56,052 nt of DNA from a virus (taxonomy: Duplodnaviria > Caudoviricetes), in the IMG/VR virus record IMGVR_UViG_3300005764_000021, positions 1 to 56,052 of that record; one strand, 5' to 3'. The position numbers and the translations under genes are program-made. The notes beneath the pieces were generated by a model. That model had not been told where the DNA came from and ran no database searches. It worked only from the letters and a program-made list of their open reading frames with translations. The stretch's first letter is position 1. Every line of letters starts with the position of its first letter. Of this stretch, positions 46,077-53,760 are shown one piece after another.

Positions 46077-48952
46077 GCAACCAGCCTTGCAACAAAGCGC
46101 TCCGTGTTGGGCGCTTCGCGCGGTTCATGGCTAACGATCTCTAGCCGGGAGTTGCGCGGAAACAATATCTCCGCTTCCTCGGGGAAATTCGAAAGCGAGC
46201 CAACTGGAAACGCCGGACTGCCTTTCGGTACTTGGATTTCGATGTAGCTCCCCGGCTTATCGATCTTCGACTTGTCGAGCGTCGTGCTCATGAAGGCCGG
46301 ATCACTGAATGAGCCCGCATGATCCAGAATATCCTGCGTCCGCTGCCAGCCCACCGTTCGATAGACCGTCACATCGTGCGGTAGCTTGTGGGCGCTCACC
46401 AGCTCATCAAGATTCTCGGTCTCGGCTGACACGGGACCGGAGCCAAGTCGCGCGGGCGCGTTGAACAGGTCGCTGCTCAGCGTATACATATCGAGCGCCT
46501 GCTTCTGTTCGAGCGGAATATCGCTCACCCCCATTTCATCGCGCAGCGCATCCACCTCGCGGGTCGATGCCGTCACGTTGCGGTCTTCACCGCCAAGCGC
46601 CATCGAGCCCAAGTCATCGCCGCCGTCGCCAGCCGTCCACTTTCCAGCTTCATCGCGCGGTTGGTCGGGATCGAACTTTGCGTACCAACTTTTTTTCTTC
46701 GGAGTCTTTTTTTTGAGCGGCGTCACACCGTCAATGGTCTGACCAAGCCACGGATTGGCACGATCCATGTCGAAGAGCCGACTGATCAAGGCCAACGTCG
46801 ATTTGCTGTTTGGCTTGTCGTCGAGTGCCTTGGCTGCCTCTGCTTGCGTCCGCTGCTCCTCCAAAAACATGTTCGCCTGCCGCAACGCGAACTGCCCCTC
46901 GCCGACGGCAACGCCGACACGACCGATTGCGCCGTCGCGCATGTCACCGACGGCGTAAACACCGGGAAGCGGTGTCTCCAGGTTTTTATTGGTTTGGATT
47001 CTGCCGCCCTTGGCGACCGTCACATCCGCAGGGACCCACTTAGTGTCCGGCATGCTGCCGATGAATTCGCCCAGCGCTTTGATCTGCAAAACTTTACCGC
47101 CGACGGTTTCCATGCTTACTGGATTGCCGCGCGCGTCACGATTGAGTTGCTTGATGCTGTCGCTTTCAATCACCGTGATCTTTGGATTGTTGCGCAACGC
47201 CTCAACCTGATAATCGCTCATGCTCTCCACGATGGGTGAGCGCGCCAGCAGGTAGACATGATCGCAGTGCTGCGCACATCCGAGTGCCGCTTGAGCTGCG
47301 CCATTCGAGCCGCCAATCACGCAGACCCTGCCGCCTGCGCCTGCCTTCGCCAACGCCTTGCCATCTCCGATAATCACGCCCGGTCCCTCTGAGCCGGGGA
47401 AGCTCATGCGGCGAAATTCAACACCACCGGCCAAAATGACCGTGCGACTGTCGATATGCTCACCATTGGACAGCGTGAGATGCTTCAGTCCGGTCTTTGG
47501 ATCATAGGTCATCCCCGTGACCCGGATGCCGAGCTTGGCCTCTGCTCCCAAGCGCTGCGCTTGCTCATACATGTTCTGAGTCAACCGTTCGCCGGTTACT
47601 CCAACCGGGAAGCCAGGGAAGTTCTCAATGCGAGAAGAAAACTTGGCTTGCCCGCCAGCGACCGCAGTGGCCTCGACGACCAGCGTATCGAGGCCTTCCG
47701 CTGCGCCATTGATGCTGGCGGCCAATCCACCGGGGCCAGCGCCGATAATGGTCACATCGCGCGGACCACCCGGTAAACCAATTCCACCGGGCCCACCGGG
47801 ATCGGCGTGCAGACCGTGCATCTCCTTAACGATAGCTTCCAACTGATCTACCAGTGCCTGCGACTCGGGGCCGTCTGGCTTGTCCACATGCGCCAGCAAT
47901 TGGTTGTTGATCTTTGCCCACTCGCTCTTGAGCGCTTTGAATTTCTCAACATCGCCCGGCACCAAACCATAATTGCCAGCCTCGCCGCCGCCAGCGCCGC
48001 CGTCGCTGGCGAACTGCCCACCTTCCGGCGATCCAGCAGGTTCGCGCGGATGCTGCGACTCGTCCCACGCGCGCAACAGCTCCAGCAGCATCTTGCCGAA
48101 CGCGGTTTCGCTCGCGGGCTTCTTGCCCTTGCCGCCGGTGAAGATTTCGGCTTCTTCGAGCAGCTTGGTGATCGAGATGTTAACTCTAGCGATCTTGATC
48201 TTGGTGTCGTTGGTCAAGTTGCCGTCGGCGGCATCGAGCCCGAGCTTGCCCGCCCAGTGATGGTGACCGTCGAGGATGTAGTCGTCCTTGGAAATGATCA
48301 GCCGCTTGGCACCCTGGTTGTCGGGCTCTTTCTCCAGGTGGGCCATCACTGCCGCGACCTTGGCACCGTTCAACTCGTTCTGGGTCGCGCGCAGGTTGGC
48401 GGCAAATTCCCTTTCCTTTTTGATTTCGTAACCCTTCCGCTCCAAGTATTTGCGGAACTCTTTGGTCTGCTCATCAGTCAGTTGCGGCATCTGCGCGCGC
48501 GGGATGCCTTTGGTCTCGGCGCAGAACAGGTTGGTGCCCGCCACGCTCACATCGCAGAGATTGAACACCGGCGCTTGCTGTCCTTGCTTCTGCCAGCGCT
48601 GGGCTTCCTCACCCAGCTTCTTGATCAGCGTCGAGACTTGTTTCGGCTGCGTCAGCTCGACCTTGCGGCCTTCGTACAGTGCGCGCTGCGCGTCAGCGAC
48701 CTTCGAGGTGTGGATGACGCCGTGCGCATCGACATAGGCGTCCTTGCTGTAGCCCTCGCCGGGATGCTCGCGCTCAGCATCTCCTCCACCGCCGCCGCCA
48801 TCACTCGTGAACTGTCCGCCTTCCGAGGATCCTGCGGGTTCGCGCGGGTGAGCCGATTCGTCCCAGGCGCGCAGCAGCAGCTCGAAGCTCGGCAGCGGTG
48901 CCGAGAGATCGCGCCAGACCTCGGCGGTCATATCCGCAAATAAGCCAGCCAC
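46073..48952 (-). CDS. polyvalent protein: ParB/Srx-like + thioredoxin-reductase-like flavoprotein + ADP-ribosyltransferase
   Basis: ISKDDYILDGHHHWA; IIGAGPGG...GGQA...IENFPGFP...GVYAVGD; VYR...FMSTT...EAEILFPR (R-S-E triad). Confidence 0.85.
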   Translation of the reverse strand: MAGLFADMTAEVWRDLSAPLPSFELLLRAWDESAHPREPAGSSEGGQFTSDGGGGGGDAEREHPGEGYSKDAYVDAHGVIHTSKVADAQRALYEGRKVELTQPKQVSTLIKKLGEEAQRWQKQGQQAPVFNLCDVSVAGTNLFCAETKGIPRAQMPQLTDEQTKEFRKYLERKGYEIKKEREFAANLRATQNELNGAKVAAVMAHLEKEPDNQGAKRLIISKDDYILDGHHHWAGKLGLDAADGNLTNDTKIKIARVNISITKLLEEAEIFTGGKGKKPASETAFGKMLLELLRAWDESQHPREPAGSPEGGQFASDGGAGGGEAGNYGLVPGDVEKFKALKSEWAKINNQLLAHVDKPDGPESQALVDQLEAIVKEMHGLHADPGGPGGIGLPGGPRDVTIIGAGPGGLAASINGAAEGLDTLVVEATAVAGGQAKFSSRIENFPGFPVGVTGERLTQNMYEQAQRLGAEAKLGIRVTGMTYDPKTGLKHLTLSNGEHIDSRTVILAGGVEFRRMSFPGSEGPGVIIGDGKALAKAGAGGRVCVIGGSNGAAQAALGCAQHCDHVYLLARSPIVESMSDYQVEALRNNPKITVIESDSIKQLNRDARGNPVSMETVGGKVLQIKALGEFIGSMPDTKWVPADVTVAKGGRIQTNKNLETPLPGVYAVGDMRDGAIGRVGVAVGEGQFALRQANMFLEEQRTQAEAAKALDDKPNSKSTLALISRLFDMDRANPWLGQTIDGVTPLKKKTPKKKSWYAKFDPDQPRDEAGKWTAGDGGDDLGSMALGGEDRNVTASTREVDALRDEMGVSDIPLEQKQALDMYTLSSDLFNAPARLGSGPVSAETENLDELVSAHKLPHDVTVYRTVGWQRTQDILDHAGSFSDPAFMSTTLDKSKIDKPGSYIEIQVPKGSPAFPVGSLSNFPEEAEILFPRNSRLEIVSHEPREAPNTERFVARLVA

Positions 48953-49500
48953 GAATCCTCAATCGCGGTGATGGGCCAACCCTGACTGCTTAACCGGTCG
49001 AGTACTTCCGAGACTTGGACCGCCGGGTTGTTGTAATCGTGCCAGACGATGACACCACCCGGACGGATAAGCGCACGGGATAGAAAGCTGTCGTGTTCAA
49101 CAGCCGCCCGCGAATGATCGCCATCAATGAAGCAGCAATCGCAGGGTTCGACGTCTTGTGGCCCCACGGCGAGCGAGCCGCGTTCGCGGACAAGAAGCCA
49201 GAATCGTGGATCAGGAGCGGCGTAGACACCGGCCGTTCGAGGGACTTCGCTGCGCTGACAAGCGAGGGTTGGCTCATGGCCGGGCGGGATATCGATGCCG
49301 ATATATCTTTCGATTCCCGGTATCTCTCTCAAGATTATCGACGCGGTGCGACCTTCATTCACACCAAATTCGATCACCACCTTCGGCCGGACGCTGCGCA
49401 CCAATGTGACCAGCAGTCCGGTTTCGACGTCGTTGAGATACAAATTGTGAAACGGCCGGATGCGCGCGACTTCGATGCTATCGCGAGGAACCGTCAGCAC
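48928..49500 (-). CDS. class I SAM-dependent methyltransferase (Methyltransf_24-like)
   Basis: VIEFGVNEGRT, FIDGDHS, GGVIVWHDY. Confidence 0.9.
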   Translation of the reverse strand: MLTVPRDSIEVARIRPFHNLYLNDVETGLLVTLVRSVRPKVVIEFGVNEGRTASIILREIPGIERYIGIDIPPGHEPTLACQRSEVPRTAGVYAAPDPRFWLLVRERGSLAVGPQDVEPCDCCFIDGDHSRAAVEHDSFLSRALIRPGGVIVWHDYNNPAVQVSEVLDRLSSQGWPITAIEDSWLAYLRI

Positions 49501-49681
49501 GTGCTAAGCTCTTTGATGTCCCCGTGGTTCAGGGCGAAAACCGTGTAGGTCGATATCCGGGAGGCAAGCCCCGGATGAACTTGCCCGACCGGCTAAGCGA
49601 ACGCCTCTCGCGATCAGCGCCAGTATCGCTTAGGCATCCAGTGTTGGTTTCTCAGTCTATGGCTGAGATGCGTGAGCGAGA

Positions 49682-50908
49682 TCACGGGGACACTTGAGCT
49701 AGCGCGCTCGCCCAATCGCCGGGCGATGTCTGTTTGCACAGCGTGACATTCTCGTACCACTTCTTGCGCCAGCGCCATGAGTGCCAGTGCGAGAGCAAGA
49801 GCTTGACGTTGGGATGTCCGATTGCGCCCGCCAGGTGCACGGCCGCCGTGTCCACCGATATGATCTCGTCCAAGCACAACATTAGTGCGGCGCAGTCGCC
49901 GAAGTTCTCGAACCCGAACGTGCGGGTGCGTCCCGTTCGAGCGCTCGGACGTGGCAACTGCGCCTGCACGCTGTAAATCTCGGCCTCGGGATCGAGATGT
50001 GCGAGCAGCTCCTCGACGTCGATCTCGCGCGGATAGTCGCCGATGCTCGGCTTGCCGATGCTCCACGCGATGCCGATGCGCTTGCGCGAGCTCGAGCTCG
50101 AGCCCAGCCGCTCGCGCCATTCGGCAACGCGCTCGGGATCGACGTCGAGATAGGGACCTGACAAGCACGCATCGGGCGAGACGTACAAGCGGCCGAGGAG
50201 ATGCAGCAGCGGACAGAAATAATCGACGGGCTCGCCGGACGGCATGTAGTCGTCGAGCAGCCCGTCCAGCTCGCGCGGCAGATCGAGCGACACGATTGCG
50301 CCCATGGCTTCGAGCATCGGGACGTAACGCAGGCACATGATGCTGTCGCCAAAGCCGTGCGCGTGCAGCAGCAGGATGCGCTTGCCGTTGATGTTCTCGC
50401 CGCGCCAGGGCCGCATGCCCGCATCGAGCGCAGCGCGGACCTGTGGCCTCATGAATGGCGCGAAGTCCTCGCACTTCTCGTACTGCTCGAAGCCCGTGCG
50501 CCAATCCCCCGCCGCCAGCAGCAGCATCGCGCGATTGAAGCGCGCGCGCAGCGTCGGCGCGATGGCTATGGCTGCATTCGCGGCCTGCAGCGCGGCCTCG
50601 ATCTGGTTCTCGCGGTAGAGCGCGACGACGCGGTTGAACTGCAAAAGGTAGTCGTCGATGTCGATTGATGGATCGTTGGTCAGCTTGCGCTGACCAATCG
50701 CTTTGCCGTTGAGCGCGACGATGATATTGCCCTCGGGCAGCGTGGCCTTGTGGCCGTTCTTGCTGCGGACCTCCAATATTTCGCCGTCCAGCGTCAGCCC
50801 GCGCCAACCATAGTCGGTGGTTTCGTGCCTGATCACCGGATCGAGCTGCGGCGGCTCGCCGAAGTCCGCGAAGATGGTCTGAGGCCGATCTGTTCGTGAT
50901 TCATTCAT
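49682..50908 (-). CDS. TPR-containing glycosyltransferase (GT-B, family 9-like)
   Basis: TPR-like helices; WRGE...HGFGDSIMCLRY; IGIAWS; LDEIISVDTAAVHLAGAIG; WRW...WY. Confidence 0.85.
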   Translation of the reverse strand: MNESRTDRPQTIFADFGEPPQLDPVIRHETTDYGWRGLTLDGEILEVRSKNGHKATLPEGNIIVALNGKAIGQRKLTNDPSIDIDDYLLQFNRVVALYRENQIEAALQAANAAIAIAPTLRARFNRAMLLLAAGDWRTGFEQYEKCEDFAPFMRPQVRAALDAGMRPWRGENINGKRILLLHAHGFGDSIMCLRYVPMLEAMGAIVSLDLPRELDGLLDDYMPSGEPVDYFCPLLHLLGRLYVSPDACLSGPYLDVDPERVAEWRERLGSSSSSRKRIGIAWSIGKPSIGDYPREIDVEELLAHLDPEAEIYSVQAQLPRPSARTGRTRTFGFENFGDCAALMLCLDEIISVDTAAVHLAGAIGHPNVKLLLSHWHSWRWRKKWYENVTLCKQTSPGDWASALAQVSP

Positions 50909-51016
50909 CGTTTGTTGCCGGTGTTTTTGTGCAACGTCGTTTGGTCAGATCAAACGACCCTCCACGCTAGAGATACTCGCCTGGTCGCTCACTTCCACGT
51001 AAGATTACGATCTTGC

Positions 51017-51122
51017 GGCTGGGCGTGGCGCGGCTGGGCTTGGCACGGTCCGGTAGGGCTGGGCAAGGCTGGGCAGGGCAAGGCAGGGGGAAAGCGCCGT
51101 TCACAGCGGCGCTTTCCATTTA
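51017..51122. repeat. GGYNN pentamer array 5 (14 units) + hairpin
   Basis: Array 51017-51086; stem GGAAAGCGCCG-TTCACAG-CGGCGCTTTCC 51089-51117, 2 nt from the capsid-paralogue stop codon. Confidence 0.95.
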
Positions 51123-52208
51123 TTTCCAGGCTGGCGTTAACCAAGCGATTCCCGCTGCGTTTCTCAAGCTCCAAGACATCGGCCATTTGGTCTTGATGGC
51201 AATGGTTTCCGTTTGGAACAAGCTCTTGTGGGTGCCGGTGCTGCCGGGGTCGGCGACCGGCGCAGTGTCCATGTGCAGCGTGCCAGCATTCGCGGCCTCG
51301 ACTTCGAGATCGGGCGACAGCGCCGCCACCAGCGCGGCGTGGGCAATCGCGATGATGTCGCCGCCGACGGCGCTCGATGCGTAGATGTGATAGGGCGCAT
51401 CAGCCTCGTGGTAGATGCGGCCGATGAAGGTCGCGGCCCGGCCGGGCGACATCACCAGGCAGTAGGGCCCAGCGCCGCCGACCGCCGCCACCGCATTGAT
51501 CAGGTTCACCAAGTCCTCGAACGCCGCCGCGAAAGAGTCGGCATTGTTGGATGCCGTCAGCGCGGCAATGCCGCTGCGCAGGCCTGCGGGCTGCGCCGCA
51601 GTCGCGGCGGCCGTACCGAACAGCGCCGCGTCGAGCGCGTAGCCGCACGAGCGCACCAACGCGTCGCCGATGATCTGCTCGGCGTTGCCGCTCTCGATCA
51701 TCTCGCGCGAGAGCACCGAGATCGCCGCCAGCTTGTAGGGCAGCATCTGCACCGCCGCCGAGGCGAGCTGCCGCACCGGAATCGGGCCGCCTTCGGCAAC
51801 GAAGCTCGCGGAGCTGGCCCCGGCCACGATGCCAGGCGCGCTGATGACGCCGTTGCCGTCCCAGGCCAGCACCAGGCTTTCGCGCAGCACCTGTGCGCCG
51901 GCGCTCACGGGCCCCATTGCCGCCAGCGCCTGCACCACGACCGTGCGCACCAACTCCTTGGCCCAGCCGGTCACGCTGGTCATGGCGGGCGCGGACGCCG
52001 CGCGGTTGACGATCTGGTCATGCGGCCAGCGTTCCTGCGCGATCAGATGGGCGCGCGTGTGCTGCAGGCTCGCAATCGCCTTCGCCGTCACCAGCCGGAT
52101 GAAGGCGTTGCCGTCGTCGGGAAGCGGCGGGGTCTTGCGAAACGATTGCACTTGCACGTTGCCATAGCGCTCGCGTGGCACTCGTTCCGACCAGTCGGTG
52201 ATCGTCAT
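51120..52208 (-). CDS. major-capsid paralogue 2 (HK97 fold, no protease domain)
   Basis: Start moved to ATG 52208 (CAGGAG SD); RAASAPA...GWAKELV, FVAEGGPIPVRQ, KLAAIS, SLFQTE align with the MCP. Confidence 0.9.
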   Translation of the reverse strand: MTITDWSERVPRERYGNVQVQSFRKTPPLPDDGNAFIRLVTAKAIASLQHTRAHLIAQERWPHDQIVNRAASAPAMTSVTGWAKELVRTVVVQALAAMGPVSAGAQVLRESLVLAWDGNGVISAPGIVAGASSASFVAEGGPIPVRQLASAAVQMLPYKLAAISVLSREMIESGNAEQIIGDALVRSCGYALDAALFGTAAATAAQPAGLRSGIAALTASNNADSFAAAFEDLVNLINAVAAVGGAGPYCLVMSPGRAATFIGRIYHEADAPYHIYASSAVGGDIIAIAHAALVAALSPDLEVEAANAGTLHMDTAPVADPGSTGTHKSLFQTETIAIKTKWPMSWSLRNAAGIAWLTPAWK

Positions 52209-52222
52209 CGTTGTTGCTCCTG

Positions 52223-52276
52223 AAAAAAGAAGGCGGCGACCCTTTCTGGCAGGGGGGCAATCAGCGAGCCGCCGCC
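52223..52276 (-). terminator. putative intrinsic terminator/attenuator upstream of capsid paralogue 2
   Basis: On -: GGCGGCGGCTC...GGGTCGCCGCC stem with a long loop, then TTCTTTTTT running into the next SD. Confidence 0.6.
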
Positions 52277-52295
52277 GCGCGGGGTAAAACACCCG

Positions 52296-52715
52296 CTAGA
52301 AGCTTCCACCGTCAAATGTTGCATCCCAGGCCGCAGTGTTGCGGCCGTAGGTCGTGCCGTCTTGCGGCGCTTCGGGAATGCCGCCGGTGCCACCGCCGCC
52401 GCCATAGGGACGCATCATGATGGCGCGGCGTGATTGCTGCTGATGCATATCGACGACGACCAGCCCGAAGCCGTCGACGCCGTAGCCATTGAGATCGCCC
52501 TCCAGCACGCCCGGCGGTTGGCCGGTCGCATAATCGATGACGCGATATTCGATGACGCTGCCGGTTTGTATCAGCGAGGCGCGGCGTTGAGCTTGCGCCG
52601 TCATGTCGACATCAACCAATTGCCAGCCCTGCGCGCCGTACTGATTGTAGAGCGCTTCTAGCTCGGCGGCGGCCTTGCCGGTCGCATAGTCAAACACGCG
52701 ATTGACAACGCTCAT
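52296..52715 (-). CDS. tandem DUF4177-like repeat protein with foldon-like C-terminus
   Basis: Two RVxDYATG...LE...N.YG..G..LV.VDM...RRA repeats; GIPEAPQDGTTYGRNTAAW. Confidence 0.75.
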   Translation of the reverse strand: MSVVNRVFDYATGKAAAELEALYNQYGAQGWQLVDVDMTAQAQRRASLIQTGSVIEYRVIDYATGQPPGVLEGDLNGYGVDGFGLVVVDMHQQQSRRAIMMRPYGGGGGTGGIPEAPQDGTTYGRNTAAWDATFDGGSF

Positions 52716-52716
52716 C

Positions 52717-53760
52717 TCACCAATTCGTCGTCGTCATCCAGCCCACGCCGCTGGCCGAGCGCACGCCCCAGGCCACCGGCAGTTTGACCATGATGCCGAT
52801 ACAGTCAGTCTGCCAGATCGATTTCGTGGGCGGGCTGCCGTCCGGGGCCGTGTCCATCTGCACCGCAGCCTCGCGGCTGGTCGCCATGATCGTCGGCGTG
52901 TCGCCGAGCACCGAAGCAATATTGTTGGGCGCGACCGCAATCATGATCATCGTGCCGCGCAACGCCAGCGAGCCGAGAAAGCTCAGCGGGCGCACGCCAT
53001 GCTGGCTGCGCAGATCCGCCAACAGCGCGCGGGTCGTACTGCCGATGAAGATCGGCTGCGTCGAACTCACCGGCGCGACCACGCGATGCAAGGTCTCGAT
53101 GTCGGTCATCAGCGCCGCCACCGGATCAGGCGCGGTGCTGGCCGTCGATGCCGCCACGCCATAACGCAAGCCCGCCGGTCGAGCTGCGCTGCCCGCAACA
53201 TCGTCAAACAACGCAGTGTCGAGCGCAAGCGCGGCCGAGCGCACGAGCGCATCCAGCATCAGCGCTTCGATGTTGGAGGACTGCACCATCTCCCGCGTCA
53301 AGATCACGATCACCGCAAGCTTCTTCGGCACCAGCGTGATCAGCGGCTCGACGTGACCCTGCTGGATCGGAATTGAATCGCTTTCCTTGACGAAGAAGGC
53401 ATAGGCCGAATCGCCGAGCAGCGTCGGCACCGAGATTTGCCCGGCATGATCGAAGTTGAGCTGCAGGCCTTCGCGGAATAATTTCGCCGCCGCCGATTGC
53501 GGGGCCAGCGCCGCAAGAAAGTCCGGCATGACCGTCCGCAGCAGCGCCGGTGTCCCCGCCATGTCCGTCGGTGCCGTCGGTGAGCGCAGCAGCCACGGCA
53601 GGCTGGCGTCGTTGCTCCACATCCTGCGCGCCACCTTCTCAGGTGAAGCGCGATCATAAGCGCCGACAGCAGCAGCAACGCACGCACGCGTTAAGCTCAC
53701 CACTGAGGGCCGCTGCGACGGCTGCGATGTCATCGGAATGAGAGCCGGTGCTGTAATCAT
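52717..53760 (-). CDS. major-capsid paralogue 1 (HK97 fold, no protease domain)
   Basis: FVKESDSIP, PKKLAVIVILTREM, RPAGL, SIWQTD...W align with the MCP; ATGA overlap with terL. Confidence 0.85.
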   Translation of the reverse strand: MITAPALIPMTSQPSQRPSVVSLTRACVAAAVGAYDRASPEKVARRMWSNDASLPWLLRSPTAPTDMAGTPALLRTVMPDFLAALAPQSAAAKLFREGLQLNFDHAGQISVPTLLGDSAYAFFVKESDSIPIQQGHVEPLITLVPKKLAVIVILTREMVQSSNIEALMLDALVRSAALALDTALFDDVAGSAARPAGLRYGVAASTASTAPDPVAALMTDIETLHRVVAPVSSTQPIFIGSTTRALLADLRSQHGVRPLSFLGSLALRGTMIMIAVAPNNIASVLGDTPTIMATSREAAVQMDTAPDGSPPTKSIWQTDCIGIMVKLPVAWGVRSASGVGWMTTTNW

